The notes under the pieces are model-generated. The model made no database searches, was not told where the DNA came from, and saw only the letters and a list, made by a program, of their open reading frames with translations. Below are positions 41,194 through 52,369 of a stretch of 64,000 nucleotides of DNA, piece after piece; positions within the stretch are counted from its first letter, which is position 1, and every line of letters begins with the position of its first letter. The DNA comes from Glycera tridactyla (Eukaryota), in contig OZ286477.1 in the NCBI GenBank assembly GCA_965644265.1, positions 41,416,001 through 41,480,000 of the forward strand, written 5' to 3'. The translations under genes and the position numbers were made by a program.

Positions 41194-41360
41194 CATTCGA
41201 ACCTCCCTATAAAGACCGCCTTCGGTCGCACCGAAAAGTGGCCTTTATATGGAGGTGGTCTTTATAGATAGGTCATCTACTGTAGAAAATAATACCACAG
41301 TCGCAGTTCAGGGCGGTCTTTATAGGGAGGAGGGCTTTATAGAGAGGTGGTCTTTAGCAT
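41194..41360. mobile_element. pogo-like MITE, one end truncated
   Basis: TA followed by cattcgaacctccctataaagacc. Repeated internal ggtctttatag(a/g)gagg motifs are complementary to the left end. No complete right TIR. Confidence 0.65.
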
Positions 41361-42134
41361 TACCATTTAGTGTATTGTACCAGAATAAAAAGTCAAGTAA
41401 ATTTGATGGATGTTTCGCTGTGTTGCATCTCGCTTTTGTGGTTCCATTTATCGGGAGTTCTTATGTACATGTGGTATAATCATCCAACAGGACTGAAAAC
41501 TCAGAGGATGCGAGGATATGTCCCCATCCCAAGGTATAGTCCAAATCGAGTGTGTTTCTTTTCTGGGATTTCCTTCATGTATCCTCCATGAAAGTATGGA
41601 TATGTCCTGGTAATATGCGCACAGAGACTGAGTAGTTCATGTGGTAACATAAATTCTCAATTATATATTGTTCTTCTATGTTCTATGCTTTATGTTTTAT
41701 GTTCCTTATTTTGCGTATCTTATGTGGGAATCGTAATAATCATATATTTTCACACAACCAACTTCCTATCTCGATCTTGATTTGGCATTTGTTCCGATTG
41801 CTTAAAAAAAGTATTTGTACAAGTCAAATAGTGGGACAACTGGAGGGTGACAGGATGACAAAATTGACAAGCAGTGTTGTTTTTGTTATGGTGCAAACTT
41901 ATCTTATTTCCATTCTTCTTATAATGAGTTGTTCTACTTCAGTTATCTTCTGTCCTTGGTCATTTGGGGACAAATTACATGAGTGANNNNNNNNNNNNNN
42001 NNNNNNNNNNNNNNNNNNNNNNNNNNNNNNNNNNNNNNNNNNNNNNNNNNNNNNNNNNNNNNNNNNNNNNNNNNNNNNNNNNNNNNNNNNNNNNNNNNNN
42101 NNNNNNNNNNNNNNNNNNNNNNNNNNNNNNNNNN

Positions 42135-42232
42135 CCTCATCGTCACCGATGCATCCCTCATCGTCAATGATTCATCCCTCATCGTCACCGATGCATCCCT
42201 CATCGTCAATGATGCATCCCTCATCGTCAATG
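42135..42232. repeat. 21-bp tandem repeat, >=4.5 copies, continuing into an N gap
   Basis: Unit cctcatcgtca(cc/at)gatgcatc. Confidence 0.85.
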
Positions 42233-43647
42233 ATAACAGCAAGAATGACAACAACAACAACAGCAGCATCAACAACAATGACGCAAAAAGCAACGCAGTG
42301 TAATTGAAGGCACAAATAAAAATTTAGCCCTCGTTAGCAGGTGTACCACAGTACTTTCAATCCATCCTCCATACATGAAGATATGTCGTTCACACATGAC
42401 AGCTGAAGATTCTGGTTACCATGGAGTTTTCCTTGACGCAGTGTCATTGGTTGCCATGGTAACATTTGAAATTAGCCTAAAAATCAAAAGTTGCTACTCA
42501 GATGACATATAGGTACATAATTCATGACTAAAGGATGCCATCATATCGTATGACTTACAAGGATTTTTTTCGAGAGATGTTCATGTTCTTTGCTCCATGG
42601 TTGTTATGGTGAGCAAGGACGAATGACAAAAAATTGGTGGAAAATCACATTTCTCCAATTCGTACAGGCCATTCCTGCCCCTCCGCATAAGATTTTTATT
42701 ATTGCACAATCCACAAGGCTGTAATAGAAAACTTTAGGGCCCAGATTGTTGATGGGAAGTTTCTTTATCAGGCGAGCTGGAATAAGTCAAAATTAAGAAT
42801 TTTTGAAGGTTTCCATGAAAACTTTTCATGCATTGACACAGACCATTGTCCCATGTGTCGAGGCCCTATGTTTTCTGTGGAAAGTCACAACATAGCTTCA
42901 TGTTGGAGGTTATTCCTGAATTTCCTGATGAGTGGAAGGGTCTTTAGTTTTGGCATTAGATAGGGTAGGTCAAAGAATGTGGGGAATTACCTTTCATGCG
43001 ACCTAGACCTTGATTGAGAGCCATGGCAGTTACATACAAAAATATAAACTAGAAGTCCTGTGCTCGTTAAATGCAAAATATTGATAAAAATAGGTTGAAA
43101 TATAGATGTACCATGACCATATTACCAGGCCATTGTGAGCACAAAGGATTTGCCCTGATAAACTGGTGCATTGTCATTAGTGACACTGCGAACAGCAACA
43201 TTACCATTAGCTACAACGAGGGAAGGATGTTTAGCGGTGGCCTCTAGAGCACCCATGACATTCTGAGATGCTGACATAATTAAGCGACTTAGTATTATAT
43301 CCAACCATGCTCTGCAAAGATGTGAGTCAAATGACGACAGATATAGGTCAGTTGGATTTCCCTGGAGAATTTCCAGAGATGACGAGTTTCAGAGTTGTTG
43401 ATTGGTTGAATGGTTCTGAATTATTCTAACACCAGCAATGTACGCGCTAGATTGTGACGCCCGTGTAATGAATATTGATGGATTTATTCAGGACTTCTCT
43501 CGGGCCCTCAAAGGGAGATGATATTTCATCGAATCCATAGACTTTTGGGGTGGCAGATACGAGATAATTTGTGAAAGAGACATTTGGTCTCACCTTGAAA
43601 AAACAGATATTACCACGTGTTATCCTCAAACATCTTATACATCACAT

Positions 43648-44223
43648 CAACATGATACTATGAGATATTCTTTGATTGGTCCTCGAAGACCATCACTGCC
43701 AGGCATCATAACAACATGATACTATGAGATGTTCCTTGGTTAGTCCTCGAAGATCATCACTGCCAGGCATCATAACAACATGATACTATGAGATGTTCCT
43801 TGGTCAGTCCTCGAAGACCATCACTGCCAGGCATCATAACAACATGATACTATGAGATGTTCCTTGGTCAGTCCTCTAAGACCATCACTGCCAGGCATCA
43901 TAACAACATGATACTATGAGATGTTCCGTGGTCAGTCCTCGAAGACCATCACTGCCAGGCATCATAACAACATGATACTATGAGATGTTCCTTGGTCAGT
44001 CCTCGAAGACCATCACTGCCAGGCATCATAACAACATGATACTATGAGATATTCCTTGATCGGTCCTCGAAGACCATCACTGCCAAGCATCATAACAACA
44101 TGATATTATGAGATATTCCTTGGTCAGTCCTCGAAGACCATCACTGCCAGGCATCATAACACCATGATACTATGAGATGTCCCTTGGTCAGTCCTCGAAG
44201 ACCATCACTGCCAGGCATCATAA
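43648..44223. repeat. 64-bp minisatellite, 9 copies
   Basis: cctcgaag anchors at 43681, 43745, 43809, 43873, 43937, 44001, 44065, 44129 and 44193 (period 64). Confidence 0.97.
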
Positions 44224-47200
44224 GTTCATCTGGCATTTGTTTGCCACTGAAAAAGCTTCAAAATATGCATCTCGAAAGTTATCCACTGAGGATGAAATTC
44301 ACTGGAACTGGTGTTATGGTGTCAGGACCAACATGTGAATAATACTCGAATGGTTTAGTTACATATTGTGTAGATGAATATCTGAGGTCATCGCATGCAC
44401 ATCTAAGTTTGCAATCACTGGGAATATGAAAACTAACATAATTTGTAATTCTCCATATCCATGGATGAACAGGAAGCCCAGATCACTCATGGTGGTCATC
44501 AATGTTGATGATAGATCAATGGAACTTCATCTTATCCTTGCATGCTTTAGTTCACACAAGCACCATTGTAACAACGAATTTGAGCATATCTTGGTTATTG
44601 CTCAACCAATGCCTGCATGCTAAATTCGTCGGACATATGCCTCCATCGTAATCGTCAATAAGATAAAAAAAACGATCAACTATTCATCTCCTGTTTGAGG
44701 ATACAGTAATCACTGAACACGATGGTGAGTTTGCTGATATCAGAACAATACGTAGCTTCCATTGTACAGTGATGAGTTATGGTGCTCTGCATTTATGGAA
44801 GTTGATGATACAGTATTCATCACCTAGACAACCTAATCACTGTGTCCAGTTGCCCCGTCTCTTCATGGATATACATCCTGACGAAGAACATTAGTACAAG
44901 TACACTCAATTATGTGCATGAAGACAGCATTCACTTATTTAACGCATTGTCTTGTCGGAATATGCACAACATGAAGAAACTACTCAACCGCCTAACGAGC
45001 TCATTCAAAGTGTCACCACAGCAGTAAAATATACTCTCCGACAGGTGAGCTGAGAGATTTTGTTCCCTAATCATACACAGGATTGTTAATATCTGGTCCA
45101 ACTTCATTTTTGCTTAGTTGTGATGCCCGTGCGATTGGCATTGGTGCGATTATTTTAGGCTCATCCTTTCAGGTCCTTGACATCAGGAAAGCATTTCTGA
45201 AACTCGTGTACAGGGAATATGAGTATACTATGAGATATCTATTCTATATGATTCACGAATATCTCAAAAGCATTCAATGAACGGAAAGATGTGACATGGT
45301 GTCTGTGTTTGTGGGCAAGACAAACACTGGTTCAATTTAAATGTTTGCGCTCGGTCTAAGTGATGGATGATGGCAGGTTGGAGGTAATGATGGAGAAAAC
45401 ACATAGTGTGTAAAGTAAATGTCATATTGAAATGTGGAAACTCATCTCAACCAAATGAACTCAATTATCCCTTCATTTTGTGATAATGTTTGGCTGCAGG
45501 TTTATGAGCTGAGTCTAGATTACCCAATACTAAACATGAGAATGTTGCATACTGCTGAGTGTTGGATGTTTGGCTGGTGTTTGATTCACCCAACTGATCA
45601 GTAGTACCTGTAGGTTTTTGCCAGATCAAAGATGTATCTTGTCATTTCAGATATAAAGACATTGCAATCCCTGGAATCTTGCATAGCATCTTATTGATGC
45701 AGTTGCTATGGAAATTTTTCGGTCTATGTCACAATCTAATCAAACGTGAGCATCATTTGCCTGTCTCTTCAATCAGTGGGACCATCTGGGTCTGACAGGA
45801 TTAACTGTGGCATATACTAGGAATTGGACCATTGCACGACAACTCGGTGATTTTCCAGCAGTAATCAGGCGAACGTACGCAAGTTTTCTCATACTGTAGC
45901 CATCAGAGAAGATGTGATTGATGAAAGCATTGCTCATTGGCCTTGAATAGCTCATCAATCGAGAGGAGCAAATGAGGAATATAATGTGACTAGAGATGTT
46001 GCCTTCATCTTACAAGATGATGCTACGCACATCCTTTTTCTTCTTCTTCTTCTTCATCATCTTCTTCTTCTACTCCTCCTTCCCTTCCTACTCCTCCTAC
46101 TCCTCCTTCTTCATATCATCATCATGATCATCATCATTATCATCCTGATAACTGCCAACGCTATCATTGTCTCCATCGACATCAACTTCAGCAATGATGA
46201 CAACAACAAGAGCAAAAAGAGCAGCAGCAGCAACAACGAAAGCAATGGTAGTGACATCAACCACATCTACAACAGCTACCACAGCAACACTTATATATTC
46301 TATATATATATACCAAGTTTAAGGATGATTGGTTTTTGTTCAACATATGCACCAAACATGCCATATATCGACGCCGATGATATGGACATGGGTGGAATCA
46401 ATCCTCAACCCGGGTCTCTCAACAAAAAGGGAATATCTGTGAGATTGACAGCAAATACAGGATATCACACTGGGCTTGACTTGACCTTCAGAGTAATCAT
46501 ACCACCGTTTCTGTCCCATGCATAACACCCAAATGTGAGGAGTTCCATAATTTGCTTCCAATAATTATCGCTACAAGGCTTCCCATATTGGCTCACAAGG
46601 TGGACTCACATCTGTTTTCCCCGAAAGATTATCTCAAATTAATATATTTCACAGGAGTTATCCAGTGACTGTAGATTCAACTGAAAATGGATAGATTTCC
46701 GTGGTCACCAAGTGCAGGTAATGGTATGCATACCTCAAACAATCACTGAGTGACAGCAGTTATAATTTCACGTCATCCATGGATGAGTGGGAAATCTTGT
46801 ACACTGATGGTGGTCATCAATGTCGATGATAAATCAAAGCACCTACACCTCACCCTCACATGCTCTACTTCACACTCGCCCCATAATGCTCAACAATGTG
46901 AGCATAGCCTGGCCATCACTGAACTCTTGATCTCACACCATATTTGGCTTATCAAGTGAGATAATCATAAGAATCATCAGAATCATCCTTCAGTGGAGTC
47001 ACAGTAAAAAGACAAAAATTGGGAGATGCATGGAGTCAACAATTGAGAAAATAAAAATTTAGGGCGACAGATAGGATTGATGGATAAATGGATGGATGGA
47101 TGAATGGGAGGAGAAGTAGATGGATGGATTGATCGGTTGGTGGATGTATGGATGGATGATCGATGAATGGATACATCAGCGGATTGGGGATACACAGGTG

Positions 47201-47260
47201 GATGGATGGATGGATGGATGAATTGATAGGTGCATCGTTGGATGGATGGAAGGAAGGAAG

Positions 47261-47560
47261 CAGAGCCCCGTTGTCAGCTGAGCACACACTACATCTTAAT
47301 GGAGCCAGTGCTAATTTATCCAACCCATCAAGTAGTATTTCAAAATCAATAGCAGCAGTGTGGAATAATTGTTCTAAACGATCAGTAAACTGACTTCACA
47401 TGTACTACAATATTTCCCTATATTTTTGCTTATATTTTGTATGTGAGTATTTGTCATTTTGATAATGTATATATTTTTTTGTGTAATATGTTTTGGAATG
47501 GAAATGAGCTGTCACAGCTCATCTCCAGAAATAAACATTATGAAGCCTTATGAAGCCTTA
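47261..47560 (+). mobile_element. Probable 5'-truncated LINE 3' end
   Basis: Left-arm-specific. A frame ending ...AVWNNCSKRSVN* is followed by an AT-rich UTR, hairpin gagctg-tca-cagctc (47506-47520), AATAAA (47530) and a short tandem tail (atgaagcctt)x2. Confidence 0.55.
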
Positions 47561-47739
47561 TGGAGGATGGATGGATGTAACTGGTTCAGTGGATTATAAA
47601 CATGTCAGATGATTTTTCTTCGTACATCGTCTCGTCAGATGATTTCCACTGAATTATCCACTTGTCAGACATAGTTCTTCATTATGCAGCAAGAAGTCCC
47701 TCGGGCTGTATCACACTATCATCACTATCACAACCATAA

Positions 47740-48181
47740 TAAAACTCCAAATTCGGCGGGTACGTTTTAAACACCCCTGTCGTTATTTCTCGTCTGATTT
47801 CAGTTTTGTTTGCACGAATGTATTGAGGGGGTGTTCCGATGATTACCAATTTGGGTTTCAGGGACCCTGTATGCTTCTGAATAGGATTACGCCATCATTT
47901 CATTGTATGTATTCACCGAATGCCCGGGCATTATCGCCCAGTCTTCCCCATGTTTACAACGTAGATACGGCAGCCGCACCTGGTGCAAAACCAGCGTGAA
48001 ATCGTCATATTTTGCGCTCTAAGGTAAAATAAACAAGTGAACCTTGCCGTGATCACATTTCTGATCGTCGGAGATGTCACCAATGTATGTCTGCAAGTAT
48101 CATTTCAATCTGGAGCGAATTCGCGATGCTAGGGCGAAAAACGTACCCGCCACGACATAGCTTGACAAACTTTACCACCAA
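47740..48181. mobile_element. ~440-bp non-autonomous insertion with subterminal inverted repeats
   Basis: Present only in the IR2 left arm (the right arm reads caaccataac-tatcagcacc). Perfect 14-bp inverted pair ggcgggtacgtttt (47755-47768) / aaaacgtacccgcc (48138-48151). Confidence 0.75.
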
Positions 48182-50296
48182 TATCAGCACCTCAATCATC
48201 TCCACCTCAACACCATCATCATGACTACTACCCACACCACCAGAGTCTGACATTTCAACCACAGCCACTGCCACCGCCATGAGAAATGCCCTCATAAGGT
48301 CTGATGAAGTGTTTTTATTTATGCTGATTCCGTTTCAGTGGTATCAGGGGTAAACTGCTGTGCTTCACATGATAGCAACTCTTGGTACAGCACTTCTGGG
48401 ACCATCACAATTGCAGAAGGCAGCTGCTGGCTGATGAAGGTCGACAAGATGCATGGAGAATGGCCACATTGATGAGCAGCGCTGATTTCAAGGGAGTGCA
48501 AACCAATTTGTTTACATTCATTTCGTAATGAGTATTTTCACTTCAGTTATCTTCGCCCTCGATCATTTGTGAACGAAAGACATCAGTGGGAATGTCGTAG
48601 TTGTTTGGTCCGTCAGTGAAGTGTAAAAGCTTGTCCGGTATATGCTGATTGTCAGTTTATCTAGCACTCGACAGCCACCCGAGCGATTTCGATTCTACTC
48701 TCACTATAGGTTCCAAGTAAATGACACTCTCCGTCATTTCCGCCGGAAGTCACTGGTCTGAATACAGCAAGCCAGTCGCGCCCAGTCTCCAATCACCAAA
48801 TGTCAACTCAAACACTGCAGTGAGGAAAACCAGCTCTGACAATGTTCATATGACCTACACTCCTGATGACAGTGACAGATAAACAAGAGTTGTGGCCATG
48901 TACGTATCACAAGGGTCGAGGAAATGGGAATTGAATGCCTCGTGCTTATGTCAGTAATTATCACCTTGCGGCTAAACGATGGATAGTTGGTTATGATCAA
49001 TACCGCCGAACCATCATCCTGAAAATCACAGAAATCCTTCGACTATCAGTGTATGCAATAGTACAACGAATTTTGTCCTCCTCCTTTACTTGCACTTTGC
49101 GGTCTGTAAAACAAAATTGGGAAAATCTTGTTGAATTTGGTACAACTTATATGCTCATGAATCTCCTGCCTGGGTGAAATTTATCCCGACTCTGGAATAG
49201 ATGCTTTCTTAAGCAAGTAGTATAAAGATAAACATCCTGATCACACCGGTTATCAAGGTGGGGTAATTCCAGATGTCATTGTGAAAGAAATTCATTCCAT
49301 GAATCCATAGGACTGCAATCACGGAGTTCTGCGGTAGTTGCGCCACTCTACCAGACCTTCTGATGTTTGAAGCAATGACGATCCGCCACCATCTCTGGCC
49401 TCTTCCCTTCCACAGTGAATAGATCCACTCTCTCACAGCCATGTTTCATGGACCCGTCACCCAACACAAAACATGGAGCCATTGATGCTCGATCGTGGTG
49501 TCGCAATCAACGCCATGCATGGAAAGTGAGGACCAAACAAGCCGTATCCCACGTGGCCTCACCATTTTCCCTCAATTTGTTACATCAACAGGCGGCAGGA
49601 GTAGGTTGCGTATAGTATGCTGGAAGAATGCAAGATAATTGACAATGACGTAAATGTTTAGTGGATGAACAATGGCGAATGTCAGGTATTCATCAGCCGA
49701 ATCACTCCTCATTTCATCGTAGAATTGGATACTATCAACGGAAAATTAGAGGCAATAAGTCCTGGCTGTGTCAGGTGGGCTTCGAAGTCTGGGCAGGGGA
49801 CAGTTTCACAGAGGACTTGATGCAGATGACATGTATAAATTCTTTTGAAAATATGATGTGCATGATGACTATTTCTGATTTACTGACAATTCGAAGAAAC
49901 AGACGAGAATACAGCGACCAATAAAGCAGTCCAAGTATTGAAAGTTGTGCTGAAACTCTGCCAACTGATAGGACAAACAACTCCAACAGGTGATAGCAGA
50001 TCACCATGAATGATGCTCATCATCTGATTATACAGTAGCTAGAACCGATAGTAGTACAGTGAACGGAAGCATGGAGAATAAAGTCAACGGAAACATTGAC
50101 AGTACAGTCGACAAAGACACTGTCCATACATGTTCATTCATCAGAAGCATTGACAGTACAGTCATCTGAATCTGAAATAGCACAAACAGTCAATCAAGTG
50201 AATAATTGATCAAACACTCAACCGAACGATGACCGTACAGCCGAGAAAGGCATCGGAGAAGCATTCATCAGTAGCATGGACAGTACACTCAATAAA

Positions 50297-51030
50297 AGTC
50301 AACAAGCCTTGATAGAACAGTCGATAGAAGCACTGACCCTACAGTCAACAAGCATTGATAGAACAGTCAATAGAAGCACTGACCCTACAGTAAACAAGCA
50401 TTGGTAGAACAGTCAATAGAAGCACTGACCCTACAGTCAACAAGCATTGATAGAACAGTCAGTAGAAGCACTGACCCTACAGTCAACAAGCATTGATAGA
50501 ACAGTCGATAGAAGCACTGACCCTACAGTCAACAAGCATTGATTGAACAGTCAATAGAAGCACCGACCCTACAGTCAACAAGCATTGATAGAACAGTCAA
50601 TAGAAGCACTGACCCTATAGTCAACAAGCATTGATAGAACAGTCGACAGAAGCACTGACCCTACAGTCAACAAGCATTGATAGAACAGTCAATAGAAGCA
50701 CTGACCCTACAGTCAACAAGCATTGATAGAACTGTCAATAGAGGCATTGATCCTGCGGTGAACAGGAATTGCGAGAACAGAGAACAGACGCACTTATACT
50801 ACAGTCAACTAGCATTGCGAGAACAGACAACAGACGCACTGACACTACAGTCAACAAGCATTGTGAGAACAGTCAACAAGGTCACGGACACTACAGTCAA
50901 CAAGCATCGTGAGAACAGTCAACAGAGGCACTGACACTACAGTCAACAAGCATTATGGGAGCAGTCAACAGAAGCACTGACACTACAGTCAACAAGCATT
51001 GTGACAAAAGTCAACAGAAACATATACAGT
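50297..51030. repeat. 46-bp minisatellite, ~16 copies (mirror at ~56514-57247)
   Basis: Unit cagtcaacaagcattgatagaacagtcaatagaagcactgacccta. About 10 homogeneous copies are followed by ~6 diverged ones. Confidence 0.95.
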
Positions 51031-51085
51031 ACAGTCGGTGATAGCATTGACGATACAGTAATCCAAGGATTCATCGGTAATGCAT

Positions 51086-51089
<4 letters not shown>

Positions 51090-51139
<50 letters not shown>
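51090..51139. repeat. (AT)n microsatellite
   Basis: Perfect dinucleotide run. Its mirror position is the N gap 56340-56473. Confidence 0.97.
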
Positions 51140-51144
<5 letters not shown>

Positions 51145-52049
51145 TCAGAAGAGTCTGCGCTACACTATGGACTGGGCAGTATTCATATTTGTACCGACCT
51201 CAGGCAGCGAGAGAACAAAAAAGTAAACTTCTGCCACCCTCTAAATCAGCTGGAGATGTCAATCTGATGTATTTGTTCTCATTTTTTGCCAGCTAGGGAA
51301 TGCTCTCATTTTAAAGGTACATGCATTAGGTGAATATTGTTACATGATTAATCAGAAAAAATAATTTACAAACACTTATGGCAGACTTTGTTTTAGTTGG
51401 AAAAGAGAGGCGTGTGGTGGTAGAAATGAAGCCCTAATGAAAAAGAATATTATGATGTGTCAAGTGTAGTGTAAAGAAGATAATGATCCTTGCCTCACAT
51501 AGACTCAGCAAAATGCTTACATCATAGGATCAGTAACATCTGAGTGCCAGCGCAAATGATAAACGAATATTTCACACTTTCTCAACCATATCTAGATCAT
51601 TTGAAACCTGAAATTAGAAGCATCAGCATCGATGTTAGTGTATTCATGTCTAGAATATGGATATTTCAACTTTCCTTAGTGATACTCGCATGGATCAAAA
51701 TATACCCCGATCCCCTTTTCCCGCCTCCCCATTTCCNNNNNNNNNNNNNNNNNNNNNNNNNNNNNNNNNNNNNNNNNNNNNNNNNNNNNNNNNNNNNNNN
51801 NNNNNNNNNNNNNNNNNNNNNNNNNNNNNNNNNNNNNNNNNNNNNNNNNNNNNNNNNNNNNNNNNNNNNNNNNNNNNNNNTGCTGCTTCTTCTACTATTG
51901 CTACTACCATTACTACTTATTACTTATTACTTATTACTTACTACTACTAACAAATTCTGTCCGGGCTATACAATGCTGCTCATGGCTACCTACGGGAGTT
52001 TTGAGTCAGATGGCACCACCAGAGAATGGTCTGAATTAGGTGTCTGCAT

Positions 52050-52367
52050 GAATCGATCTATGGAGATCCCTAGTTCGAATTATGGAGACCCATGAATGGA
52101 TTTATGGAGAACCCTAATTTGAATCATGGAGGTCCATAAATCAAATTATGGATCTCCCTAAATTCGTTGGACTTGCAACATGACTGAATTATGGAGTTCC
52201 ATAATTCATTTATGGAACTCCCTAGATGATATATGGATATCGGCATATAGTTGTGATCTAGGGTATACCATAATGATTTAGGGATCTCCCTGATTAAATA
52301 TGGTTCTCCATGAATTGAATTAGGGAGAACCCTAAATGGTGAATAAAGTTCCCAATAGCGTTCCATA
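52050..52367. repeat. Degenerate ~22-bp satellite with palindromic core, probably part of an interspersed element
   Basis: Units such as atggagatccctagttcgaatt, atggagacccatgaatggattt, atggagaaccctaatttgaatc. It ends gcgttccata immediately before the beta copy starts. Confidence 0.7.
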
Positions 52368-52369
52368 GA

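Larger units (their letters stand above)
42795..51736 (+). repeat. Inverted repeat IR2, left arm (~8.9 kb)
   Basis: Reverse complement of 55766-63407. Inner coordinates sum to 107544 (ORF pairs 49661-49924 / 57620-57883 and 50677-50934 / 56610-56867). The inner end runs into an N gap. Confidence 0.96.

Noticed and set aside
42415-42463. RFX X-box-like palindromes (gttgccatggtaac)
   Set aside because: No gene nearby; such motifs are frequent inside interspersed repeats, so a regulatory role is unsupported.
3755-51030. 43-, 46- and 64-bp arrays as CRISPR arrays
   Set aside because: They are head-to-tail monomers with no unique spacers, no cas genes, and a eukaryotic context.
51140-51450. Possible hAT-like MITE next to (AT)n, absent from the alpha copy
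   Set aside because: No matching pair of TIRs or 8-bp TSD could be found.
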